Assembly (NCBI GenBank): GCA_040757175.1
Contig: JBFLXM010000032.1
Coordinates: forward strand, 7,448-71,447
Direction of reading: 5' to 3'
Length of the DNA stretch: 64,000 bases
DNA from: Thermodesulfobacteriota bacterium
GTDB taxonomy: Bacteria; Desulfobacterota; Desulfobaccia; Desulfobaccales; 0-14-0-80-60-11
Numbering within the stretch: the stretch's first letter is position 1; each line of letters begins with the position of its first letter. Of the stretch, positions 31,491-42,693 are shown one piece after another. Below the pieces are notes generated by a model, which saw only the letters and a list, made by a program, of their open reading frames with translations, ran no database searches and was not told where the DNA came from. Made by a program: the position numbers and the translations under genes.

Positions 31491-33455
31491 TCAACGGCTC
31501 AGAAGCAGGTGGCCTGGGGGCCGGACTTCCACCTGGAAGCCCGGTAGAATCAAGAGGGTAGCGTAATCCTCCACCACCAGGGCCGGCCCGGAGAAAGTTT
31601 CTCCGGGTTGCAGTTCCCGGCGTTCATAAAAAGGCAGGGTGGCCGGGCCCTCCGGCAGCCACACCGTGCCCTCAGGCGGCAGGAAAGAGCGGCGGGAGGA
31701 GGGGGAGGTCATCCCGGGCAGGGCCGCCGTGGACGCGGGAGCCTGGAAGTTTAGGCGCAGGCTCAGGACTTCCACTTCCCGGTGGGGAAAATCATGACCA
31801 TAGAGGTGCCGGTGGCGGCCATGGAAGGTGGGCAGGAAATCCGGGCGGCAAGGCACGGTCAGGGTGTCGCTCTGGCCCCGGTAGCGCAACTCCAGCTCTC
31901 CGGACATGGTCAGCCCTGCAACCGGCAACCCTTCCCGTTCCATCTCCGCCAACCCTTTCATTTTAAGAGACTGGACCTCCTGCTTAAGTCTGTCCCAGGT
32001 CAGCTTGGGGCCGGATAAGAGCAGGGTCCGGGTCCAATCCCGTCGGAATCCCGCCAGAGCCATGCCCAGGGCGGAAAGCACCCCGGCCTGGGCCGGGACC
32101 AGGATGCGGCGCAGGTCCAACTCCAGGGCCAACTCACATACTTGCAAACCGGCAGCCCCCCCGAAACAGCAGAGGGTGAAATCCCGGGGGTCAAAGCCCC
32201 GCTCCAGGCTCACGGCCCGCAGGGCCTTGGCCATGTGGCTGTTGGCCACCCGGATGATGCCCAGGGCCAACTCTTCCGGGGCCACCCCAAAAACGGACCC
32301 CAGCCGGGTCAGGGCCCGGGCCGTGGCCTCAGGGTCGAGGGGCATGCGGCCGCCCAAAAAGTTTTCCGGCCGCAGTCTGCCCAAAAAAAGATGGGCGTCG
32401 GTTACCGTGACTTCGTCCCCCCGGCCGTAACAGACCGGCCCGGGGTCGGCTCCCGCACTCCGGGGCCCCACCCGCAGCGCCCCGCCCCGGTCCTGAAAGG
32501 CAATGGAGCCGCCCCCCGCGCCCACGGTATGGATGTCCATCACCGGAATACCCAGGGGGTAGCCCTCCAGGAGATATTCCCGGGTAAAGGGAATCTCCCC
32601 GGCCAGGAGGGCCACGTCCGTGGAAGTCCCCCCCATGTCCAGGGTGAGGAGATTGGGTATGCCCAGTTCCTGCCCCAGGCGCCAGGCCCCATAGACCCCC
32701 CCGGCGGGACCCGAAAGGATGGTCTGCAGCCCCCAGGCCCCGGCCTGGGACGCGGGCAGAAAACCGCCGTTCGACTGCTGGATGAAAAGCGACACCCCGG
32801 GCAGCCGCCGGGACCAGTCCGCCAGATATTGTTGGATTACCGGCCCCAGATAGGCGTTCAAGACCGTGGCCGCGCTGCGTTCATACTCCCGGACTTCCGG
32901 CAAGATGCAGTTGGAGAGGGACAAAGGGATTCCCAAGTCCGCCAGGGCCGCGGCCAGGCGCTCTTCATGACGCGGGTAGGCATAGGCGTGGAGCAGGCAG
33001 ACGGCCACGGCTTCCGGGGCCAGTTCCCGGACCCGGGCCTTTACCCGGGAGATTTCTGCATTAGTCAAAGAGATGAGCGCCGCGCCGTCAGCCCCCAGGC
33101 GCTCCTGAACCCCCAGAACCCGCTCCCGGGGCAGGATCTCCGGGGGCTTTTCCACCATCAGGTTGAAGAGCTCCGGCCGGGTCTGGCGGCCGATGAACAA
33201 AACATCCTCAAACCCGGCGGTGGTGAGCAGGGCCACCCTGGCCCCTTTTCTCTCCAAAAAGGCGTTGGTGCCCCGGGTGGTGCCGTGGACCACCTCCACC
33301 CCGGCCAGGCCCTGGGGCCGCATCTCCGCCACCCCTGAGAGAATGGCTTGCAAGGGGTCTACCGGCGTGGAAGGCACTTTATGCACCCACCCCTCCCCTT
33401 CCTCCAGGAAGACGAAGTCAGTGAAGGTGCCGCCGCTGTCAATGCCGAGTCGCAT
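31491..33455 (-). CDS. Hydantoinase/oxoprolinase family protein (HyuA-like)
   Basis: MRLGIDSGGTFTDFVFL.. N-terminal ASKHA motif, DMGGTSTDV and HTVGAGGGSIA blocks. Start set at the ATG at 33455; the track extension runs into a REP element. Confidence 0.85.
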   Translation of the reverse strand: MRLGIDSGGTFTDFVFLEEGEGWVHKVPSTPVDPLQAILSGVAEMRPQGLAGVEVVHGTTRGTNAFLERKGARVALLTTAGFEDVLFIGRQTRPELFNLMVEKPPEILPRERVLGVQERLGADGAALISLTNAEISRVKARVRELAPEAVAVCLLHAYAYPRHEERLAAALADLGIPLSLSNCILPEVREYERSAATVLNAYLGPVIQQYLADWSRRLPGVSLFIQQSNGGFLPASQAGAWGLQTILSGPAGGVYGAWRLGQELGIPNLLTLDMGGTSTDVALLAGEIPFTREYLLEGYPLGIPVMDIHTVGAGGGSIAFQDRGGALRVGPRSAGADPGPVCYGRGDEVTVTDAHLFLGRLRPENFLGGRMPLDPEATARALTRLGSVFGVAPEELALGIIRVANSHMAKALRAVSLERGFDPRDFTLCCFGGAAGLQVCELALELDLRRILVPAQAGVLSALGMALAGFRRDWTRTLLLSGPKLTWDRLKQEVQSLKMKGLAEMEREGLPVAGLTMSGELELRYRGQSDTLTVPCRPDFLPTFHGRHRHLYGHDFPHREVEVLSLRLNFQAPASTAALPGMTSPSSRRSFLPPEGTVWLPEGPATLPFYERRELQPGETFSGPALVVEDYATLLILPGFQVEVRPPGHLLLSR

Positions 33456-33481
33456 AATTTTTAAGTGAGCGATGAGCGGAT

Positions 33482-33545
33482 GTAGGGTGGGCACGGCCCA
33501 CCAGCAGACTGCATTCTTAAAAAGGTGGGCCATGCCCACCCTACA
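33482..33545. repeat. Inverted pair of REP hairpins (GTAGGGTGGGCA..GCCCACC family)
   Basis: gtagggtgggcacggcccacc .. ggtgggccatgcccaccctaca. Family members are also at 52881-52903 and 55211-55233. Confidence 0.8.
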
Positions 33546-33578
33546 TCAATCTTTGAACCTTGACCTTTTCAAGTCAGT

Positions 33579-33591
33579 AATTATTATAATT
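33579..33591. promoter_or_regulatory. Possible Zur/Fur-type operator
   Basis: Perfect AT-rich palindrome AATTAT-t-ATAATT, 34 nt upstream of the zur start. Functional assignment is inference only. Confidence 0.3.
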
Positions 33592-33624
33592 GCAACTAAG
33601 TTGATTTTGGGATATTTCCTTGCC

Positions 33625-34055
33625 ATGAGCGATCTTTGTGATTTTCCCCAGTTGTTGGCCGGGCAGGGAGTGAAGGCCACGGCCTTGCGCCTGGCCGTCC
33701 TGGAAGTCTTGGGGGCTGCGCCCCGGGCCTTGCGGGCCCAGGAAATCATGGAGGCGATCCGGGCCCGCCGCCGGGTGAATAAGGTGACCGTTTACCGCAT
33801 CCTGGACGATTTCACCCGCCGGGGCATTCTCCGGCGTCTGGCCGTGGAGGACCGGGCCTCCCTCTATGAGCTGGCCTGCGAACACCACCCGCCCCACCCC
33901 CATTTCCAGTGCCGGGAGTGCGGCCAGGTGCAGTGCCTGGAGCCCGCGCCCCTGGAGCGCATGTGGGCGGAACTTAAAGGCCCCCTGGGCAATCGCGCCG
34001 ATCGCATCGAGGTCCGGGTAGCCGGGGTGTGCCATAAGTGCCGGGAGACGAGTTG

Positions 34056-34056
<1 letters not shown>
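33625..34056 (+). CDS. zur: Fur-family metalloregulator (Zur by context)
   Basis: ..LRLAVLEVLGAAPRALRAQEIMEAI..VNKVTVYRILDDFTRRGIL.. winged helix plus HFQCRECGQVQC..CHKC metal sites. It heads the znu operon. Confidence 0.8.
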
Positions 34057-35075
<1,019 letters not shown>

Positions 35076-35082
35076 GGGTTCC

Positions 35083-35859
35083 GTGGCGCAATTAGCAGTG
35101 GACATTCATGACCTCCTGGTCTCCTATAACGGCGTGCCCGCGCTGGAGGAGATCAATTTGGAGATCGAGACCGGCAAATACGTGGGGGTCCTGGGCCCCA
35201 ACGGCGCGGGCAAGAGCACCCTGCTGAAGGTGATCCTGGGCCTGATCCCGCCCACCCGGGGCCGGGTCCTGGTGTTCGGGGAAGCCCCCCAAAAATTGCG
35301 GCGCCGGGGGGAAGTGCTGGGATATCTCCCCCAGCGGCCCCTGGGAAACCCCCATTTCCCGGTGACGGTGCTGGACATGGTGCTCATGGGCCGCTACGGC
35401 CGGGTGGGCCTCCTGCGCCGGCCCGGGTCTCAGGATCGGGAGATCGCCAGGAAAAACCTGGAGCGGGTGGGCATCCCCCATCTGGCGAAGAGGGCCATCG
35501 GCGAGATCTCCGGAGGGGAGCAGCAGCGGGTCTTTATCGCCCGGGCCCTATGCGTAGAGCCCCGGCTCCTGGTCTTGGACGAGCCCACCGTCTCCTTAGA
35601 CGCCTGCGCCCAGGACGATGTTTTTGAACTGGTAAACAGGCTCAAGGAAGAGTTGAACCTCACGGTGCTCATGGTCTCCCACGACATCGGCGGCGTGGCC
35701 CGCCACGTGGACGACATCGTCTGTATCAACCGCCGCATCCATGTGCATCAGGCCCCCCCCATCGGCCGCCTGGGTCTGGAGAGCGCGTTCGGCTGCAGCG
35801 TGGAGTACCTCTTCCACGGAGAGATTCCGCACCGGGTGGTGAAGGTGCAAGATGACTGA
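35083..35859 (+). CDS. znuC: Zinc ABC transporter ATP-binding protein
   Basis: Walker A GPNGAGKST, signature SGGEQQRV, Walker B LLVLDEP. Confidence 0.9.
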   Translation: MAQLAVDIHDLLVSYNGVPALEEINLEIETGKYVGVLGPNGAGKSTLLKVILGLIPPTRGRVLVFGEAPQKLRRRGEVLGYLPQRPLGNPHFPVTVLDMVLMGRYGRVGLLRRPGSQDREIARKNLERVGIPHLAKRAIGEISGGEQQRVFIARALCVEPRLLVLDEPTVSLDACAQDDVFELVNRLKEELNLTVLMVSHDIGGVARHVDDIVCINRRIHVHQAPPIGRLGLESAFGCSVEYLFHGEIPHRVVKVQDD

Positions 35860-36670
35860 ACTGCTGTCCCTGGGCTTCCTGCAGCGGGCGCTGTTGGCGG
35901 GGATTATGGTGAGCCTGCTGTGCGGGGTGCTCTCCGTCTTCGTGATCCTGCGGCGCATGGCCTTCATCGGCGTGGGCATCTCCCATTCCGCGTTCGGGGG
36001 GGTGGCCCTGGGCTTTCTGCTGGCCGTTGATCCCCTGTGGACCGGGGTCGGCTTTTCGGTGTTGGTGGCCCTGGCTATTGAGTGGGCCCAAACCCACAGC
36101 CGGGTGGAGGAGGATACCGCCATCGGCATCTTTTTCGCGGCCTCCATGGCCCTGGGGCTGGTTTTTCTCCACCTCTCCCGGACCTATAACGTGGACGTCT
36201 TCGGCTTTCTCTTCGGCAACATCCTGGCCATCGGCCCCCAACAGGTGATGGAAATTTTTTATGTTACCGCCGCGGTCCTGGCCATCACCCTGGCCTTTTA
36301 CAAAGAACTGGTTTTTATAAGCTTTGATGAAGAAATGGCCTGGGTCAGCGGGGTGCCGGTCCGGGCTTTGCGCTATCTGTTCCTGGTGATGCTGGCCCTG
36401 GTGGTCATCATCTCCATCTACCTGGTGGGCATCGTCCTGGTCTCGGCCCTGCTGGTGATCCCCGGGGCCACCGCCCAGAACCTGACCGGGCATATCCGCA
36501 GCATGATCATCGCCTCCACCGCGGTGGCCGTGGGCTGCGTGGCCGGCGGGCTCTGGCTCTCCTACCTCCTGGATTTTCCCTCCGGGGCCACCATCGTGCT
36601 GCTGCTGGCGCTGCTCTACCTCCTAACCACCGCCGCGCCCTGGGTCCGTTCCCACCTGGTGAAGGCTTGA
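35852..36670 (+). CDS. znuB: Zinc ABC transporter permease
   Basis: 272-aa polytopic membrane protein of the ABC-3 type. It overlaps the znuC stop by 8 nt. Confidence 0.88.
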   Translation: MTELLSLGFLQRALLAGIMVSLLCGVLSVFVILRRMAFIGVGISHSAFGGVALGFLLAVDPLWTGVGFSVLVALAIEWAQTHSRVEEDTAIGIFFAASMALGLVFLHLSRTYNVDVFGFLFGNILAIGPQQVMEIFYVTAAVLAITLAFYKELVFISFDEEMAWVSGVPVRALRYLFLVMLALVVIISIYLVGIVLVSALLVIPGATAQNLTGHIRSMIIASTAVAVGCVAGGLWLSYLLDFPSGATIVLLLALLYLLTTAAPWVRSHLVKA

Positions 36671-36769
36671 CCCGGGCCTTTTCCCGGCACCGATATTGTC
36701 AACCTCATTATCAGTGATTAGCTTTTTGACAAATCTAATTTTTGTTAAAGGTGTATAAGGAGGAGGACT

Positions 36770-37294
36770 GTGAAATATCGCGCGCTAATAGCCTTAATGG
36801 CTTTCCTGCTATTACTCGTTTGGGGATGCGGAGGACCCACGCCGGAGAAGGCCAAGGCCACCCTGGTCAACGCCCAGGGCCAGAAGGTGGGCGAAGCCCA
36901 ATTAGTGGAGACCCCCCATGGCGTCAAAATCACCCTCAAGGTGGAAAATCTGCCCCCGGGAGTGCATGCCTTCCATATCCATGAAAAAGGGGATTGCCAT
37001 TGCCCGGATTTTATGAGCAGTGGGGGCCACTTCAATCCCTTCGGTAAAAAGCATGGCCTGAAAAATCAGGAGGGACCCCACGCCGGCGACCTTCCCAACC
37101 TGGTGGTGGGAGAGGACGGCAAAGAGACTCTGGAGGTCATAGCCTCCCGGGTGACCCTGAAGCCGGGGAAGAATTCCCTGCTGCAACCCGGGGGCACCTC
37201 TCTGATGATCCATGCCAACCCCGATGATTACCTGACCGATCCCGCGGGCAATGCCGGACCCCGCATCGCTTGCGGGACGATTATTAAGCAGTAA
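36770..37294 (+). CDS. sodC: Periplasmic Cu,Zn superoxide dismutase
   Basis: Signal/lipobox (LLLVWGCG), HAFHIHEKGDC, GGHFNP and GPHAGDLPNL copper/zinc ligand blocks. Confidence 0.9.
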   Translation: MKYRALIALMAFLLLLVWGCGGPTPEKAKATLVNAQGQKVGEAQLVETPHGVKITLKVENLPPGVHAFHIHEKGDCHCPDFMSSGGHFNPFGKKHGLKNQEGPHAGDLPNLVVGEDGKETLEVIASRVTLKPGKNSLLQPGGTSLMIHANPDDYLTDPAGNAGPRIACGTIIKQ

Positions 37295-37372
37295 AAGAGA
37301 CGACGGGGGAAGATTAAGACAAGGGCGGGATAGACATGGCGACATAAATAATTGCGCCTCTCCAAATATCTT

Positions 37373-37517
37373 CGAATAAGAGAATAATCTCCTTATCCTC
37401 TTATTCCCTCCCCCTTGAGGTGGGAGGGTTAGGGTGGGGGTGGCGTCTTTGGGGCCGGGTGAGCGCTAAAAATCGCCACCCTCCCCCCAACCCCCTCCTC
37501 CCCTCACAGGGAGGGGG
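37373..37517. repeat. G/C-tract inverted repeat with nested hairpins
   Basis: GAATAAGAG..CTCTTATTC hairpin. Then arm ccctcccccttgaggtgggagggttagggtgggggtggcg and, after about 30 nt, its imperfect inverse cgccaccctccccccaaccccctcctcccctcacagggaggggg. Confidence 0.65.
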
Positions 37518-37664
37518 AGATTGTCAGTCCAGTCCCCGGGAATATAATTAGAATATCGAAAATAAATGACGCTGCCTGTAAGAGCTCTCCGGGGGCACAA
37601 CAAGGGCTCCTCCTATAACGTGCGCCCGGAAAATGATATAGTTTTTTTCGTTTCCCAAGAACCT

Positions 37665-37985
37665 ATGGAGAAGCAGCCCCCCATACCCCGGGAAACCGCC
37701 ACCACCTCCCGCCAGGCCATCAGGGAGGTGCTCCTGGATCAACCCCGCTCCGCCCTGGAAATCTCCCAACTCCTCGCCCTCCCCGAAAAGGAAGTGCTGG
37801 CTCACCTAAACCACCTCGCCCGGGCCCCGGGGCCGGGCCTCCATTTCCAAATAACCCCGGCGGCCTGCAAATCCTGCGGTTTTATCTTTCGGAAACGGGA
37901 ACGCCTCACCAGCCCCTCCCGCTGCCCGGTTTGCCGCCACGAATCCATCCGCCGCCCGCGCTTTGCCTTGGCAAAGAAAAAATAA
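37665..37985 (+). CDS. Small HTH plus C-terminal zinc-ribbon transcriptional regulator-like protein
   Basis: 106 aa. ArsR-like wHTH segment (SRQAIREVLLDQPRSALEISQLLALPEKEVLAHLNHL) and CKSCG..CPVCRH. Confidence 0.55.
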   Translation: MEKQPPIPRETATTSRQAIREVLLDQPRSALEISQLLALPEKEVLAHLNHLARAPGPGLHFQITPAACKSCGFIFRKRERLTSPSRCPVCRHESIRRPRFALAKKK

Positions 37986-37991
37986 AGACTT

Positions 37992-38112
37992 ACCACGGAG
38001 ACACAGGGGACACAGGGATTCACAGAGGATAAAAAATTGAGGTCCGGCGGTTCACCGCCGGACCTCAAATATTTTCTCTGTGGCCCTCTGTGCTCTCTGT
38101 GCCTCTGTGGTG
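37992..38112. repeat. Composite element, second copy: CACAGAG-type arm, GC hairpin, CTCTGTG-type arm
   Basis: Left arm accacggagacacaggggacacagggattcacagagg. Centre gaggtccggcggttcaccgccggacctc. The right arm ctctgtggccctctgtgctctctgtgcctctgtggtg is about 90 percent identical to the right arm at 22379-22414. It lies between convergent genes. Confidence 0.85.
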
Positions 38113-38119
38113 AATCTTT

Positions 38120-39949
<1,830 letters not shown>

Positions 39950-39965
39950 AGTCGCCTCTCCTGAA

Positions 39966-40048
39966 GTGGTCAGTGGCCAGTGGTCAGTAGTCAGTAAAAA
40001 ATAGGCTGCAATCTTTACTGACCACTGGCCACTGATCACTGCTCACTG
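39966..40048. repeat. Inverted pair of heptamer arrays (GGTCAGT-type arm / ACTGACC-type arm)
   Basis: gtggtcagtggccagtggtcagtagtcagta .. tactgaccactggccactgatcactgctcactg. It fills the glmU-glmS intergenic gap; the right arm ends 1 nt from the glmU stop. Confidence 0.88.
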
Positions 40049-40049
40049 T

Positions 40050-41447
40050 CTATTCTTCCTTCTTCTTGCCGATGAGCCGCCGCTCCAGGTTTACCTGCCG
40101 GGCCCGGGAGATGCCCAGCTTGCCCGGAGGCACGTCCTTGGTGATGGTGGAGCCCGCGCCCACGTAGGCCCCGGCCCCGATGGTCACCGGGGCCACCAAG
40201 GAAGTATTGCTGCCGATGAAGGCCCCCTCTTCAATGGTGGTCTTATGCTTCCTGACGCCGTCGTAGTTGCAGGTAATGGTGCCCGCGCCCACGTTGGTGC
40301 CGGCCCCCACCTCCGCGTCCCCCAGATAGGTGAGATGCCCGGCCTTCACCCCTTCGTGGAGCACCGATTTTTTCACCTCCACGAAGTTGCCCACATGCAC
40401 CTTGGACCGGAGGTCGGCGCCAGGCCGCAGATGCGCAAAAGGACCCATATCAGACCCGGGCCCCAGGCGGCTCTGGTTGATGACGCAGCCCATCTTGATA
40501 TGGACCCCGTTTTCCAGAGTCGAGTCCACGATCTTCACGGTGGGCTCAATGATACAGTTTTCGCCGATAACTGTTTTTCCCTGGAGATAGACGTTGGGAT
40601 AGATCACCGTATCCCGGCCAATGGTCACCAGGGACTCGATATAGGTGGATTCGGGGTCTACCAAGGTGACCCCTTGGTCCATGTGCCGGGCGTTGATTTT
40701 CCGTTTCACGGTCTGGGTGGCCGCGGCCAGCTCGGCCCGGCTGTTGATGCCCATGAGGCTGTCCACGTCCGGGTCGATGAGGGCCTCCACGGCCCGACCC
40801 TGCGCCTTAGCGATGTGAATCAGGTCGGTGAGATAGATTTCCCCGGTGACCGGGCTCTTGGGGATTTTATCCAGCGCTTGCCGGAGAAATGGGGCGTCAA
40901 AGCTGTAAGCCCCGGTGTTGATCTCCCGGATGGATAGAATCTCTGGGCGGTCCTTAGAATCCTTGGACTGAAGCACCGCTCTCACCCGGCCCGCCTCATC
41001 CCGCACCACCCGGCCGTAGTGCAGGCCGTCCGGCAGCACCACGGTCTGAATGGTCACCGCGGCCTGGTGGTTTTTATGCAACCGCCGGAGTGCGCCGATG
41101 CTCTCCCCGGAGATCAAGGGCGCGTCGCCGCAGAGGACCATAACTTCTTGAGTTTCTTCAGGGACCGCAGCCATGGCCACCTGCACCGCGTGGCCGGTCC
41201 CCAACTGCGGCTCCTGGACCACGAAGCGCACCGGGTAATTCTTCAGGGCCTCCTGGACCTTCTCAGCGTGATAACCCACCACCACCAGGATATCGTCAAT
41301 TCCCAAATCGATAAGGGTATCCAGGAGGTAGGCGATCATGGGCCGGCCCAGGATTTGATGCAGGACCTTGGGCTGGCTGGATTTCATGCGGGTCCCCTGC
41401 CCCGCGGCCAGGATGACGGCGGTGATTTTGTCGGTCAACATCTCCAT
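40050..41447 (-). CDS. glmU: Bifunctional UDP-N-acetylglucosamine pyrophosphorylase / GlcN-1-P N-acetyltransferase
   Basis: AVILAAGQGTRMKS nucleotidyltransferase motif and C-terminal left-handed beta-helix hexapeptide repeats. Confidence 0.95.
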   Translation of the reverse strand: MEMLTDKITAVILAAGQGTRMKSSQPKVLHQILGRPMIAYLLDTLIDLGIDDILVVVGYHAEKVQEALKNYPVRFVVQEPQLGTGHAVQVAMAAVPEETQEVMVLCGDAPLISGESIGALRRLHKNHQAAVTIQTVVLPDGLHYGRVVRDEAGRVRAVLQSKDSKDRPEILSIREINTGAYSFDAPFLRQALDKIPKSPVTGEIYLTDLIHIAKAQGRAVEALIDPDVDSLMGINSRAELAAATQTVKRKINARHMDQGVTLVDPESTYIESLVTIGRDTVIYPNVYLQGKTVIGENCIIEPTVKIVDSTLENGVHIKMGCVINQSRLGPGSDMGPFAHLRPGADLRSKVHVGNFVEVKKSVLHEGVKAGHLTYLGDAEVGAGTNVGAGTITCNYDGVRKHKTTIEEGAFIGSNTSLVAPVTIGAGAYVGAGSTITKDVPPGKLGISRARQVNLERRLIGKKKEE

Positions 41448-41530
41448 CCTTTATTTTTATGCACTCATTGTGCCATATTATTAGCCGGAAACGCTCCATA
41501 GGGACTGGAACTCCGCTAACGCGCATATTA

Positions 41531-41878
41531 TTAAAGTTTGAATGAGAGCGGATACACCTCATATAAATATGCATGAGCAAGTGAGAAAGGATCAATAAAT
41601 GCGAGTTCACGCCTGTCGGTTTCGGCCTGTATGTAAGGTATTACAACAGCACCTCCATCAATAACAGAAATATTGTCTGGCAACGACTCGAAGCCAACCA
41701 ATAGCTTTTTGGCATGAATTATTCTGTTCAAAGCATCCCAAAGCTCGGAAACCACCTCTCCTTTTTTAGTCGGCTTCCATTTCCAGCGTTTCTGAGAGAG
41801 TATAAATTTTGGTCTATTTTTAACAGATTCTAGTATGCGACGTGCATTAAGGGCATATGCACTTATTACCTCAATCAT
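41531..41878 (-). CDS. Hypothetical protein in an AT-rich islet
   Basis: 115-aa ORF with no recognised family. Its composition contrasts strongly with the flanking genes. Confidence 0.4.
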   Translation of the reverse strand: MIEVISAYALNARRILESVKNRPKFILSQKRWKWKPTKKGEVVSELWDALNRIIHAKKLLVGFESLPDNISVIDGGAVVIPYIQAETDRRELAFIDPFSLAHAYLYEVYPLSFKL

Positions 41879-42001
41879 TCATGCAGAAGCTTCTTCTAAA
41901 AAACCAGAATTATTTTTTGGAAACTGCGTACTTGCAAGACTCCACAGGACCACTGCTTCTTCGGCCGCTCTACGTGCTGAATGCTTTGTAATTGCTTCCA
42001 T
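41879..42001 (-). CDS. Hypothetical 40-aa ORF abutting the 115-aa ORF
   Basis: My translation is MEAITKHSARRAAEEAVVLWSLASTQFPKNNSGFLEEASA*. GGAG lies 7 nt upstream. Its TGA is immediately followed by the ATG of the next ORF. Confidence 0.3.
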   Translation of the reverse strand: MEAITKHSARRAAEEAVVLWSLASTQFPKNNSGFLEEASA

Positions 42002-42038
42002 TCTGTACTCCTGCGCCCACTACATTAGTAAATCTTAA

Positions 42039-42683
42039 GTAGGGTGCGTCTCACGCACCATTATTTTTTCTCATTCACCAAAACCAATATCCTTTATTTC
42101 TTCCTCATTAATGCCGCCCCAATCGGACGGATATATTCCCTTACCTACGAATCGATGAAAAGTTGAATAAGGCCATTCTATCACTCGATTCACATAACCA
42201 TGTTTCACGGGATTCCAATGAATATAATCCAGGTGCCTTTGTAAATCCAGTTCATCCCGGATGCAATGCTCCCAGAACCTTCTTTGCCAAAATGGACCCT
42301 CACCGCGATTACCGCGAGAACTGCTAACTGGCACCCTCATCCCTTCAAGAGAACCGCAACGCTTGCTTACGATTCGTTTAATAACAGCCCACCGGGAACC
42401 ATAATTGTCGTCATTTTCCGGCAAAGTCCAGATGGTATGAAGATGATCCGGCAATAACACCCAGGCTTCGATGGTGAAGGGCAAAGATTGGCGGACCTCT
42501 TGAATCCCCTCCCGCATGGCTGCCCGGACCTGATCGTGTGTCAGTATGGGTTGGCGGCCAAAGGTGACCACGGTAAAGAAATAGGTGCCGCCTTTTAATT
42601 TGGTTCGCCGATATTCAGGCATATTTATTGGTGCGTAAGACGCACCCTACAAGGACCCACTTCCCAAGCGCAGCTTGGGAACC
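42039..42683. mobile_element. RAYT gene bracketed by inverted REP hairpins (REP/RAYT unit)
   Basis: Left GTAGGGTGCGTCTCACGCACC (42039-42059). Right GGTGCGTAAGACGCACCCTAC (42630-42652) in inverse orientation, plus a GTTCCCAAGC-type hairpin (42661-42683). Confidence 0.8.
42071..42622 (-). CDS. REP-associated tyrosine transposase (RAYT, IS200/Y1 superfamily)
   Basis: HUH motif (LLPDHLHTIW), catalytic Tyr region (LDYIHWNPVKHGY), and an N-terminal GGTYFFTVVTFGRQP strand. Confidence 0.85.
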   Translation of the reverse strand: MPEYRRTKLKGGTYFFTVVTFGRQPILTHDQVRAAMREGIQEVRQSLPFTIEAWVLLPDHLHTIWTLPENDDNYGSRWAVIKRIVSKRCGSLEGMRVPVSSSRGNRGEGPFWQRRFWEHCIRDELDLQRHLDYIHWNPVKHGYVNRVIEWPYSTFHRFVGKGIYPSDWGGINEEEIKDIGFGE

Positions 42684-42693
42684 AGGGGAAATA

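Noticed and set aside
31311-31547. 78-aa plus-strand ORF (MKLKIPLITACCLL..) in the sRNA/hydantoinase gap
   Set aside because: It starts inside the upstream region of the sigma54 promoter of sRNA copy 2, runs into the 3' end of the convergent hydantoinase gene, and has no RBS. The hydrophobic start is probably fortuitous AT-rich sequence.
39950-40049. glmS ribozyme upstream of glmS
   Set aside because: The 100-nt leader is fully accounted for by the inverted heptamer arrays, and I see none of the conserved glmS ribozyme core. That ribozyme is mainly a Firmicutes feature.
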